The notes under the pieces are model-generated. The model was given only the letters and a program-made list of their open reading frames with translations. It was not told where the DNA came from and searched no databases. A DNA stretch of 64,000 nt from Nitrosopumilus sp. (GTDB lineage Archaea > Thermoproteota > Nitrososphaeria > Nitrososphaerales > Nitrosopumilaceae): assembly GCA_965223425.1 (NCBI GenBank), contig OZ245003.1, positions 1,024,001 to 1,088,000 of the forward strand, written 5' to 3'. The position numbers and the translations under genes are program-made. How positions within the stretch are numbered: position 1 is the first letter of the stretch; the number at the start of each line of letters is the position of its first letter. Below are positions 1-10,000 of the stretch, in pieces.

Positions 1-901
1 CCTCTAATACTACATTGTCTGCTTTGATTGCTTTGGGAATTTTTTCAATAATATCTGGATAATAACTTGAAATATTTTCCAGGCTTCTAGAAAACAACAC
101 AACTTTCCCCCCCTCGATGTGAAGTTGTACTCTTTCCCCATCCAATTTGTATTCTGCTGAAAACTCGACTCCCAATTTTTCAATCGCCTCTTCTTTACTT
201 TTTACCCTGTCTGCAAGCATCGGCCTAATTGGATTAAACAAAATGATTTCAAACTTTTCCACCCCCTCCAATCCTTTGATTGCTACGGTTTCTGCAACTT
301 TGCCCAAGTCACTTGATACATTGTATGCATGCTCCAAAACTTTTCTGTTGTCTTTATTCCCAGAAAATGCTATTGCCAGTGCATCCATCACTGTATTTTC
401 TGCAACTCCCAGCCTTAAAGAACCAAGTAGAATTTTCAAAATATAACTGGCTTCTAATGGATTTGCGTCGTTTAGCAAACTCGAAATGTATTTCATCTTC
501 ATGTCTTGCGAACGAGAACCTTCCAGCTTGGCGATTTTAAATAATGTCTCATAGACTCTTTCTACTGTAATGTCTTCTACAAGAAAGGTAGTCTGGGTTT
601 TTTGCTCCAGTATGGTTGATGCAGCATGTCCTAAATCTCCGCCTTTCCTGTATTCCTCTTCAATTTTTTTAATTGGAATTCCAGATGATTTTGAAATTGC
701 TCTTATTGCAAGTTTTTCTGCAACACCTAACTCTACTCCTTCAAAATCTGGCCTTAGTTTTCCTTGTAAGAGATAAGCAATCTTGGACATAACTTCATGA
801 GGAGTGTTCTCAAATAATTCTACTAGGAATTGTGTTAACTCTAACCTTTTTCTAGTTGATTCCATTTTGTTAAAAGATTCAGCTAAAATAGAAAATTTCA
901 T
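1..901 (-). CDS. lig: ATP-dependent DNA ligase, N-terminal part (runs off the window edge)
   Basis: Manual translation from ATG at 901: MKFSILAESFNKMESTRKRLELT...YLLQGKLRPDFEG...PMLA...AEYKLDGERVQLH (KxDG adenylation motif). Confidence 0.95.
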   Translation of the reverse strand, partial: MKFSILAESFNKMESTRKRLELTQFLVELFENTPHEVMSKIAYLLQGKLRPDFEGVELGVAEKLAIRAISKSSGIPIKKIEEEYRKGGDLGHAASTILEQKTQTTFLVEDITVERVYETLFKIAKLEGSRSQDMKMKYISSLLNDANPLEASYILKILLGSLRLGVAENTVMDALAIAFSGNKDNRKVLEHAYNVSSDLGKVAETVAIKGLEGVEKFEIILFNPIRPMLADRVKSKEEAIEKLGVEFSAEYKLDGERVQLHIEGGKVVLFSRSLENISSYYPDIIEKIPKAIKADNVVLE

Positions 902-934
902 TCTAATCCAGTTATCCTAGATAAAAGCTTGAAA

Positions 935-1348
935 CTAAATGTATCTGAAAATTGTTGGTTTTTCTGATTTTGGGTTCTCAGAAACAAGTGCAAAATTGTA
1001 TAATGGATACTCTTTTTTGTATTGTTTCATAAAACTCCACGCCACATCATGCGTTTTAAATTCAGTTCTAATGCCGTCAATCTGGCTCTTTTTTCCAAAC
1101 ACATCAAAGACTACCACTGAATATTGTTTAGGACGATTGTGAGGTTTTGCTTTAAGAAACCATGCAAGTGCAAAAACAAAGACTGATCCTAAAATTACAT
1201 ATTCTCCGGCTACTTTGAAAAATGCCATAACAACTCCTGGTATGGTTTGTCCAAACAGAACTGCCATAAAATTTGAAAATGAAATAACTGCTAGTGCTGT
1301 TATGATGTACGTTTTCCAATTAAAGACTTTTTGAAAAATATTTGGCAT
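935..1348 (-). CDS. Hypothetical membrane protein
   Basis: 137-aa ORF with two hydrophobic N-terminal segments and host-like composition. Confidence 0.75.
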   Translation of the reverse strand: MPNIFQKVFNWKTYIITALAVISFSNFMAVLFGQTIPGVVMAFFKVAGEYVILGSVFVFALAWFLKAKPHNRPKQYSVVVFDVFGKKSQIDGIRTEFKTHDVAWSFMKQYKKEYPLYNFALVSENPKSEKPTIFRYI

Positions 1349-1391
1349 CTATTTTTAATGGATCTTTTTTGATTTAACTATTTCCCATGAA

Positions 1392-2682
1392 GGTTCTGTG
1401 AAGTTATCGGGAGTTAACCCCTATAACTCGACTTTGACATATCGGCTATTCGGATTGCCAATGGTGTGCCGGATTCCGTCATCGCCGGCTCAAAAGTGCC
1501 GGACTGCGCTTCACATATGTCATCTCTACTGCCCCTAAACCTGGGGGGCAGCTTGCGTGATATGTTGTTCATGGCAGCGACAATATCCCTGTCCATAAAC
1601 AAACCGCAATTATTACACGACAGTTTACGATGCTGTTGCATGTCCTCTTGGAGTCTCTTTCCGCATTGCGGACACTGCGTGCTCGTGTTTCTTGGGTCTA
1701 CATATTCGACTGGCGGGAGCCCGACCCATCGGGCTTTGTATTCTATTTGGCGTTGCAGCTCGTAGAATTGCCACCCGTTCAATCTGCGCCTGTACTTGTT
1801 GCCCTGACCATTTCCTTTTTTGTAGAGTTTTCTAACTCCTTTCAGGTTTTCTAGAACGATTGCAGCCTTTTCTTTGACGGCATTATCCACAATATCCTTT
1901 GATATTCTGTGGATGTACTGCCTTGCTCTGTCAGTCATTCTTCGCTGTTTTATCTTCCAGAACTGGTTTTTCTTCCTGCGGTCATTTCTGTGGAAGCCTG
2001 CCCTGGCGTGTACTGTGTTCTCCTTTATGGATAACAGTTTGTTTGTCTTGCAGACTGTCACCCCTTCCTCGCTCCCACACGTCACATTTCTTAGGTTTCT
2101 GTCTATTCCAACTTTCTTGGTGCACTCTATCTCTTGTACTTTTTTTGAAACACAAAGACTGATGTTGAGGGCAGTCAGTGAAAACGAGCGCACCGTCAGG
2201 GCGGGATCAGACAGGATTTTTTGGGTGTGATCGTTGAGTAAGATGTTGATTGTGTTGTGTTTCTTGTATGGGATTGTTAGTAGTGCACCGTTGTGTTTTA
2301 TGCCGTAACAGTTTGTCATAAAGGGATTTTTGACTATTGGGTCTCTTATTCTGACGCCTCGTTTGACTGATTGTTTTCTGTTTGATAATATGCCTGCAGC
2401 TCTTGATATTGCACATATCTTGTATGACGATAAAATGCCATAGTTACGCAATTCGTGACAACATAACATGGACAGCCTCTTCATATTGTGAGTGTCTTCT
2501 TTCAACCCTATCTTGATGCAATGATTGGCCATCTTTGTGAATGTAGCCGCCATATCCATTAGGTCAGAGTTTGGCGCATATTTCTGTGATATTGGCTTTA
2601 TCGCCTTCAGCGAATATCTTGCGGTTTGGAGGCTTGTACATTTTGGGAATTGACATGTAACTCCCGATAACTTCACAGAACC
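1392..2682. mobile_element. Non-autonomous TIR-bounded element carrying tnpB
   Basis: Perfect 25-bp TIR GGTTCTGTGAAGTTATCGGGAGTTA (1392-1416) and its reverse complement (2658-2682); flanks CCCATGAA (1384-1391) and CCTATGAA (2683-2690) form an 8-bp TSD with one mismatch. Confidence 0.9.
1414..2610 (-). CDS. tnpB: TnpB (IS200/IS605 OrfB-like RNA-guided endonuclease); start uncertain
   Basis: RuvC-I GIDRN, RuvC-II VLENL, zinc finger CPQC..CNNC, RuvC-III DRDIVAAMN. The track ORF start at 2712 lies outside the TIR, so the true start is placed internally (~2610 or a downstream ATG). Confidence 0.9.
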   Translation of the reverse strand: MKAIKPISQKYAPNSDLMDMAATFTKMANHCIKIGLKEDTHNMKRLSMLCCHELRNYGILSSYKICAISRAAGILSNRKQSVKRGVRIRDPIVKNPFMTNCYGIKHNGALLTIPYKKHNTINILLNDHTQKILSDPALTVRSFSLTALNISLCVSKKVQEIECTKKVGIDRNLRNVTCGSEEGVTVCKTNKLLSIKENTVHARAGFHRNDRRKKNQFWKIKQRRMTDRARQYIHRISKDIVDNAVKEKAAIVLENLKGVRKLYKKGNGQGNKYRRRLNGWQFYELQRQIEYKARWVGLPPVEYVDPRNTSTQCPQCGKRLQEDMQQHRKLSCNNCGLFMDRDIVAAMNNISRKLPPRFRGSRDDICEAQSGTFEPAMTESGTPLAIRIADMSKSSYRG

Positions 2683-2708
2683 CCTATGAATAAAAATACG
2701 TACGACAG

Positions 2709-3845
2709 TCAATCTGGATCTTCGTAATTTTCTTTCTTTTCGCCGCTGGAGGTACTCCCCCTCATTGGCTTCATCTTGCTTTTAAGAACATCCATTCTGG
2801 CTCTGTATCCTTCAGCATATTCCAGTTCTGATGGAACAAGTGTAGCCGGATGAATGAATCCCTGGCTTCTAATTGCCATCGCTTTCTTCGTTGCAATCTC
2901 TCTTATGTAGTCCCAGTCCGGAGTTGAGAATCCATCAAATGGACCTGTAAACTTTCCATTATGCATGCTAAACACCAATGACTCAACAATTGGAATGCAG
3001 AAATTTATAGTTGCAGCAGAATTTAGTTTTACAGGCATTAGTGGCATGTTGTGACTGCCTCTTGTATTTCCTGCTACATAATGGGGATTGTTAAAGACGC
3101 TGCCAACTTCTTCTGTTGCTGGAAATTTCTTTTGTGTTCTAACTAAACAGACTGGATCGTCTTTTCCAACATATGTTCCTGCAATGTTGTGCAGTCTGTC
3201 AGTTGATGCTGCAAGAATTGGCTCTCCATCTTTGGTGGTTACTGAGTCTACAACATATCTTCCCGGATACATTAATGCTGCCTCTATTGTTGGCTTGTCT
3301 TGCCATAATTCAAGTTCTGCAACCTTTCCCTCTTCAACATCCATGATGTTCATTTTTACGCCGCCTGCAAGACTCTTGTTAACAATCAATCCTGTATTGC
3401 TTAGCGAGTCTACAAACATTCTATAAATTGGATAATTGAATGCGCCCGGCTCTGTCTTGTCTGCTGCAAATACTGTAAATGCCTCGTTTGGCCTTTCCTC
3501 AAACTCCATTTCCGCAACTCCGGGACCCATCCCTTTTACGTTTCCCGAAAAAGAGTCTTTTAACAGGTCTTGTCCTGCGCCATACAGGCCCTCCTCTTTT
3601 GCGACTTGGGTTCCTGCCATGAATGCGTCCCATGCCAGTTTGTGAATTTGTTGATTGTCTACTCCATGTGTGTGAGACATTACAATATGTGTGTCATCTC
3701 CGCAATAACCAATGTAATAATCAATTAGCAAATCTGCTGAATTTTTAACGGTGCTTCTAACTGCATCAAGCAGTCTGTCACTTGGTTTTGTGTGACCTCC
3801 AACTCCTCCCACATCTGCTTTGATAACTGAAACTGTAATCTTCAT
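2709..3845 (-). CDS. fbp: Bifunctional fructose-1,6-bisphosphate aldolase/phosphatase
   Basis: IKADVGGVGGH, GLYGAGQDLL, ADKTEPGAFN and YVGKDDP motifs. Confidence 0.97.
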   Translation of the reverse strand: MKITVSVIKADVGGVGGHTKPSDRLLDAVRSTVKNSADLLIDYYIGYCGDDTHIVMSHTHGVDNQQIHKLAWDAFMAGTQVAKEEGLYGAGQDLLKDSFSGNVKGMGPGVAEMEFEERPNEAFTVFAADKTEPGAFNYPIYRMFVDSLSNTGLIVNKSLAGGVKMNIMDVEEGKVAELELWQDKPTIEAALMYPGRYVVDSVTTKDGEPILAASTDRLHNIAGTYVGKDDPVCLVRTQKKFPATEEVGSVFNNPHYVAGNTRGSHNMPLMPVKLNSAATINFCIPIVESLVFSMHNGKFTGPFDGFSTPDWDYIREIATKKAMAIRSQGFIHPATLVPSELEYAEGYRARMDVLKSKMKPMRGSTSSGEKKENYEDPD

Positions 3846-3975
3846 AATTCACATTTTTGCTACTTTGATTTATGTGCTTTTAGGAAAATAATGTGATCTG
3901 CAATTAGTTGAAAAAAATTTGATTTTTTTTCAAAAATCCATAACAGTAATAAATGCCCTCAAATAGGCACTTGTT

Positions 3976-5274
3976 ATGGCAGACAAACCCCACCTGAACC
4001 TGATTGTTACAGGCCACATTGATAATGGAAAATCAACGACCATGGGCCATTTCTTGATGGATCTAGGCGTTGTAGACGAGCGAACAATTGCAGCACATGC
4101 TGCTGAATCCGAAAAGACAGGAAAAGGTGATACCTTCAAGTACGCATGGGTTATGGATAACATTAAAGATGAAAGAGAGAGGGGCATTACAATCGATCTG
4201 GCTTTCCAAAAATTTGAGTCTCCAAAGTACTTCTTTACTTTGATTGACGCCCCCGGTCACAGGGACTTTATTAAAAATATGATTACTGGTGCCTCTGAAG
4301 CAGACGCAGCCATTTTGGTATTATCAGCAAAAGAAGGTGAAACTGACACTGCAATCGCTGCAGGCGGACAAGCAAGAGAACACGCATTCTTGCTCAAGAC
4401 ACTCGGTGTGGGCCAACTAATCGTTGCAATTAACAAAATGGATGATAGCAACTACTCTGAGGATGCATTCAAAGCAGCCAAAGAAAAGGGTGAGAAATTA
4501 GTAAAATCTGTGGGTTACAAACTAGAAAACGTACCGTTCATTCCAGTTTCTGGATGGAAAGGTGACAACTTGGTCAAAAAATCTGAGAACATGTCATGGT
4601 ATGCCGGTAAAACGCTGCTTGAAGCATTTGATGACTTTACTGTGGCAGAAAAACCAACTGGCAAGCCGCTACGCGTTCCAGTTCAAGATGTTTACACCAT
4701 TACTGGTGTAGGCACAGTTCCTGTAGGTAGAGTTGAGACAGGAGTTATGAAAGCAGGTGACAAAATTGTTGTTATGCCTTCAGGCTCTCCTGGTGAAATC
4801 AAATCTATTGAAACCCACCACACAGAGATGCCATCTGCAGAGGCAGGTGATAACATTGGTTTTAACTTAAGGGGCGTTGAAAAGAAAGATATCAAGAGAG
4901 GTGATGTACTTGGAACTCCTGATGCGCCACCAAATGTTGCAAAAGAATTCAAGGCACAAATTATAGTCATTCACCACCCAACAGCAATTGCTCCTGGTTA
5001 CACGCCAGTCATGCACGCACACACAGCACAAGTTGCAGCAACTGTTACAGAGTTCCTCCAAAAGATCAACCCGGCAACTGGTGCAGTTGAGGAAGAAAAT
5101 CCAAAGTTCCTTAAAGTTGGAGATTCAGCAATTGTCAAAATTAGGCCGGTGAGGCCAACTTGTATCGAAACCTTCCAAAATTTTCCTGAAATGGGCAGGT
5201 TTGCCCTTAGAGATATGGGCGCAACTATCGCAGCAGGTATTGTTAAGGAAATTACCGAAGAATACAAACCATAG
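3976..5274 (+). CDS. tuf: Translation elongation factor EF-1 alpha
   Basis: GHIDNGKST, ERERGITID, DAPGHRDF, NKMD. Confidence 0.99.
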   Translation: MADKPHLNLIVTGHIDNGKSTTMGHFLMDLGVVDERTIAAHAAESEKTGKGDTFKYAWVMDNIKDERERGITIDLAFQKFESPKYFFTLIDAPGHRDFIKNMITGASEADAAILVLSAKEGETDTAIAAGGQAREHAFLLKTLGVGQLIVAINKMDDSNYSEDAFKAAKEKGEKLVKSVGYKLENVPFIPVSGWKGDNLVKKSENMSWYAGKTLLEAFDDFTVAEKPTGKPLRVPVQDVYTITGVGTVPVGRVETGVMKAGDKIVVMPSGSPGEIKSIETHHTEMPSAEAGDNIGFNLRGVEKKDIKRGDVLGTPDAPPNVAKEFKAQIIVIHHPTAIAPGYTPVMHAHTAQVAATVTEFLQKINPATGAVEEENPKFLKVGDSAIVKIRPVRPTCIETFQNFPEMGRFALRDMGATIAAGIVKEITEEYKP

Positions 5275-5283
5275 GCGGATTTC

Positions 5284-5592
5284 ATGACGCAGACTGCCCG
5301 TGTAAAACTTACTTCCACGAGTCTACTGAAACTAGATGGTGTCTGTGGAGAGATCATGGGAATTGGTAAAAAAACCGGTGTTAAAGTAAAAGGCCCAACT
5401 CCGTTGCCTGTAAAAAGGCTACATGTTGCAACTAGAAAGTCCCCTTGTGGCAGTGGCACTGAAACTTATGAGAAATGGGAAATGAAAATGCATAGAAGAA
5501 TAATCAACATTAATGCTGATGATAAAGCCATAAGACAGTTAATGAGACTAAAAATCCCTGATGATGTCTACATTGAGTTATCCCTGACATAA
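5284..5592 (+). CDS. rps10: 30S ribosomal protein S10
   Basis: GPTPLP, RKSPCGSG, WEMKMHRR; follows tuf. Confidence 0.98.
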   Translation: MTQTARVKLTSTSLLKLDGVCGEIMGIGKKTGVKVKGPTPLPVKRLHVATRKSPCGSGTETYEKWEMKMHRRIININADDKAIRQLMRLKIPDDVYIELSLT

Positions 5593-5629
5593 TTGGTATC
5601 CTTAAATTATGGAAATTTTGACGGTAAGC

Positions 5630-5824
5630 ATGGCTGAAGAAACCTTTGATTCTGTTGAAGAGAACGCTACTGAAACATTTGATGTAGTCTATTCATGTCT
5701 TAGGTGTGGAACCAATGTTTCTAATACTGAATTGTCTCGTTTACCTGAAATCAAGTGCATCTGTGGGTTTAGAGTATTTACCAAAGCAAGGCCACCTGTT
5801 GTAAAAACAGTAGACGCAATCTAA
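5630..5824 (+). CDS. rpoP: RNA polymerase subunit Rpo12 (P)
   Basis: YSCLRCG...IKCICGFRVFTKARPP zinc ribbon. Confidence 0.88.
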   Translation: MAEETFDSVEENATETFDVVYSCLRCGTNVSNTELSRLPEIKCICGFRVFTKARPPVVKTVDAI

Positions 5825-6022
5825 TTACCTGTCTTTTTTGTAGCTATGTTCTCTTTGTAAATGGGTTCTCATGTCTTCCATGTTTGAAAAATATTTGTTG
5901 CATTCCCTGCAATCATATTGTAAATCTTTGCCATGAACAACCTGTTTATGGTTCATCATTTCTTCTTCTTTTGAAAATTTTTTACCGCAACTATCACATG
6001 TAATTTTTTTAAAAAATCCCAC
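5825..6022 (-). CDS. Two-C2H2 zinc-finger protein
   Basis: CDSC..HKQVVH and CREC..HLQREH. Confidence 0.85.
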   Translation of the reverse strand: MGFFKKITCDSCGKKFSKEEEMMNHKQVVHGKDLQYDCRECNKYFSNMEDMRTHLQREHSYKKDR

Positions 6023-6024
6023 TT

Positions 6025-6435
6025 TTATCCAAACTCTGCTTTCTTTTCATCCCAACATTTTCTGCAAAGCTGGCCTTCAATCCCCCATTTTCCCTTTGGG
6101 TTGTATCTGATCAATCCCATCCTTCCTCCGCACAATGCACAAAAGTTTTTTTTCTTTCCATGATCTTCTTCTTTTTTGTCAAAACATGTTTTGCATAGTA
6201 AACCTTCCATGTCCCACTGCCATCGTGGTTCCCACAAATCTGTAATCTTTTGGGTTGCCCCACATTCAACACATGGCTGTCTTACTTTTCCTTCATAGTA
6301 TTCCTTTGATTTATCAAAATGGCAATCGCCACAAAGTGAGCCCTTGATGTTCCATTCCCTTTTTGGCTTGTGCTTGTGGACCAGTTCTCTGTTGCAAATC
6401 GTACAATACTCTGCTTTCTTGCTAAACAGGCCCAT
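6025..6435 (-). CDS. Cys-rich (repeated CxxC) hypothetical protein
   Basis: Three CxxC...W.I.G.LCxxC modules. Confidence 0.8.
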   Translation of the reverse strand: MGLFSKKAEYCTICNRELVHKHKPKREWNIKGSLCGDCHFDKSKEYYEGKVRQPCVECGATQKITDLWEPRWQWDMEGLLCKTCFDKKEEDHGKKKNFCALCGGRMGLIRYNPKGKWGIEGQLCRKCWDEKKAEFG

Positions 6436-6499
6436 AGTATCCCTGGCTCAACGTTTCATTAAAAATGATTCTAGATACAAACACACAAGGAACAGACTA

Positions 6500-6625
6500 T
6501 TAGGCGTCATTAAGAATTTTCTCAATTGCTTGACTTGTGTTTAACATACCGTGCTCTTTTGCAAACTCTTCGATCATTTTGTACTGCTCATTTGTAAAGC
6601 AAATTGGCATTGAACGCCTTATCAT
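6500..6625 (-). CDS. Small (41 aa) ribbon-helix-helix-like protein
   Basis: Manual translation MIRRSMPICFTNEQYKMIEEFAKEHGMLNTSQAIEKILNDA; below the ORF-track cutoff. Confidence 0.6.
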   Translation of the reverse strand: MIRRSMPICFTNEQYKMIEEFAKEHGMLNTSQAIEKILNDA

Positions 6626-7060
6626 GCATCACCTTGTTGCTGTCATTTAATATGCTTTATCTTTGATCGGGCTGTGTCCTACGGGCATATGCCGTGACCC
6701 TGCGTTGATGGCATGGGTTGTCCTGTGGGACAGCGCGATATACACATACATTTAGTCTGTTTCGTAACTCATTTCAAGCACGAAATTTACCTTGCTTTTC
6801 ACAGTTTAGGCAGGATTGCGCAACAGCTAAGCCAAACCAAATTTATAAATACCATCTTAAAAACATCTTGTTGTTGAACCACACCTTTCAGTTATCTACT
6901 TTCAAGAAGCCGTCGCTAGCCGTATTGCGCCTCTGTCATTCCTGTAGTAATCTTGCCTTCCCTGACACAATGTTGCCTGACATCGGGGGGGGGGGGGGTG
7001 GAGGAAGGATTAGCAGCAGTAATGGCATTGGGAGAAGGAGAGTACAGGAGAGTCTGATAG

Positions 7061-10000
7061 TTGCAACGATTGATAAAACCACCATTGCTTGCAACAGTAG
7101 CAGCAGCAACAGCGCTTGTTCTTCTGATTCCACTTTGCATCCCCTTTGCTGATGCCACGATAGATTCGCCTGTTCCAGTAGCCTCTGTCACTGACGGCCA
7201 GACCCATTCCAACGGCCAGACATTTGACGAGCTTGCAGGCGCACGTGCCATCACCACCGTAAAGATAGGCACCAGTATCTATGCCCTGGTTGCAGCATTC
7301 GATGACCACGGCGTCCAGATAATCAACATCACTAATCCCGCAAACCCCGTTCCGACTGCCTCCTTTGATGACGGGGATCGCGTTACAGTCGACGGGACAA
7401 CCAAGACATTTGACGAGCTTGGAAGCGCCACTTTCATCACCACAGTAAAGATAAGTTCCAACACGTACGCCCTGGTTGCAGGAGGCCTTGACAGAGGCGT
7501 CCAGATAGTCGACATTACAGATCCCGCAAACCCCGTCCCAACAGCCTCCTTTGATGACGGGGACACCGTCACAGTCGACGGGACACCCAAGACATTTCAC
7601 GAGCTTCGCGACATAAATGGCATCACCATCGTAACTATCGGCACCAGTACGTACGCCCTGGCCACAGCAGGCATTGACGACGGCGTCCAGATAGTCGACA
7701 TTACAGATCCCGCAAACCCCGTCCCGACTGCCTCCTTTGATGACGGGGACACCGTCACAGTCAACGGGACACCCAAGACATTTGACGAGCTTAACGGCGC
7801 ACGGGCCATCACCACCGTAACTATCGACTCCAGTACGTACGCTCTGGTCGCATCAGGCGATGACGACGGCGTCCAGATAATCAACATCACTAATCCCGCA
7901 AACCCCGTCCCAACAGCCTCCTTTGATGACGGGGACACCGTCACAGTCGACGGGGAAACCAAAACATTTGACGAGCTTAACGGCGCATGGGACATCACCG
8001 CCGTAAAGATAGACACTAGTATCTATGCCCTGGTCGCGTCAGACGATGACCACGGCGTCCAGATAATAGAAATTACTAATCCCGCAAACCCCATCCCGAC
8101 TGCCTCCTTTGATGACGGGGACACCGTCACAGTCGACGGGACACCCAAGACATTTGATGAGCTTCGCGGTGCAGAGGGCATCACCACCGTGAAGATAGGC
8201 ACCAGTACGTACGCCTTGGTTGCAGCATGGAATGACGACGGCGTCCAGATAATCAACATCACTAATCCCGCAAACCCCGTCCCGACTGCCTCCTTTGATG
8301 ACGGGGACACCGTCCCAATCGCCGGGGCAACCAGGACATTTGACACGCTTAAACGCGCATATGGCATCACCACAGTAACTATCGGCTCCGGTACCTACGC
8401 CCTGGTCGCAGCAGAAGCTGATCACGGCGTCCAGATAGTCGACATCTCGGCAAGAACTATTCCAGGCCAGACCACGCCAGTAATCAAACTTTTCGGTGTG
8501 AACCCGCACCTGATGGAGCTTGGCGGCGCCAACTATACAGAGTCCGGGGCCACGTGTAATGATGCAGACGGCACCGATCTAACAAGCAAAGTCATCATAA
8601 ACAGCGACAGTGTCAACAGGCTTGCCGTGGGGGAGTACCAAGTTACCTACGACTGTGCAGCAGATGACAGCGGCAGCGACAGCAGCAGGGCCGACACCAT
8701 GATCCGCAAAGTCGCAGTCCGCGACACCGTAAAGCCCGCATTTGTAGTCGATGAGCACGACGCAGACTATACCACCACCATAAACCTTGGGGGCATATAC
8801 GTTGCAGGCACGATCCTAAACGTGACTGACCGCGACCAGTTCACCCAGAGCACAGAGAACGCCGAGACAGTCAACACGGACAGTCCTGGAACCTACTACG
8901 TCACATACACCGTCACTGATGCCTCTGGCAACTCGCACACAATAACTGAGACCGTAATAATATTTGATCCAAGGCCCCCCGCAATCACGCTAAACGGCGA
9001 CAACCCGTACTTTGTGGAGTGGGGCTCCGGATACGACGAGCCGGGTGCCGTATGCATTGACGGTGCAGGCGATGACACGCTCTCCCCGGAGAACCTCGTG
9101 ATAAACTTTACCGCACCAGTTGACGCACTCACCGTGGGCTTCTACGAGGTCAGCTACTACTGTACGGATCCAGACACCAACATTCACACAGGCCCCGTGG
9201 TCCGCCCGGTTACAGTCCGCGATACGGTGTCACCCGTAATTGTTGATGCCTCCATGCTCGGGGCAGGCACCATAGTCCTGACCTACAGCGAGCCAGTCGA
9301 CGTAAAGTCCGATGCGACTGACGGCTCCGGGTTCGGGCTGTCTGACGGAGGTGGAACAGTACATTTCAACTCGGATCCCGCAGGCGCCGCCAACAAGATA
9401 ACGCTTGGCATCTCCGGGCGTAACGGCTCCACTGCCGATCCGCCTGACATCACGTATGATTCTGAATCCGGAGGAAGCGTGGAGGACACCAACGGGAACG
9501 CCGCGCACACGGGGACCTTTGATGGAACCATAGATATGGCGCCCCCCATACCAAAGTCTGCCCGCACGTCCAACTCCACTGCCATTCACATCGGGCTTTC
9601 AGAGGCAGTAGCTGACGCCGGTGTCGCTCCCGGCGACTTTGCGCTGTCTGTGGCCCCCTCAGCAGTAACGCCTGTTAATGCTACTGTGCATGCAGGTGAT
9701 GATGATAATCTCCACGCTGCCCCGCATGTCACCTCCGTGTCAGTTGACGGCTCCCGCATCACGCTCCTCCTAAACGGCACGCTGCACGGAAACCAGGACG
9801 TCAAGGTCTCATACCAAAAGGGCGGCTCCATCGGTACGGGCACCGGTTCAGGCGGCACCATAAACGACCTCTCAGGGGGCACCACGCTTGCCGGCTCTGT
9901 TCCGATCGGCCAGCAGGCAGACTTTCCAGTCGCCATGACCCTCTCCAAGGACGGCACAACAATTTTTGTGCTTGACTTTTTTAACAGCCTGCACGCATAC

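Noticed and set aside
1392-2682. TnpB as a Cas12f with a CRISPR array
   Set aside because: Only two repeats, inverted and flanking the gene; no direct repeat-spacer array or cas genes nearby.
2611-2712. N-terminal extension of TnpB in the ORF track
   Set aside because: It crosses the TIR and TSD into host DNA, so it is likely a fortuitous open frame.
6970-7060. Poly-G frameshift fusing the upstream ATG to the giant ORF
   Set aside because: TGA and TAG lie in frame immediately before 7061.
7163-8449. 186-bp repeats as CRISPR or a diversity-generating retroelement
   Set aside because: They are in-frame coding repeats; no reverse transcriptase or template repeat was seen in the window.
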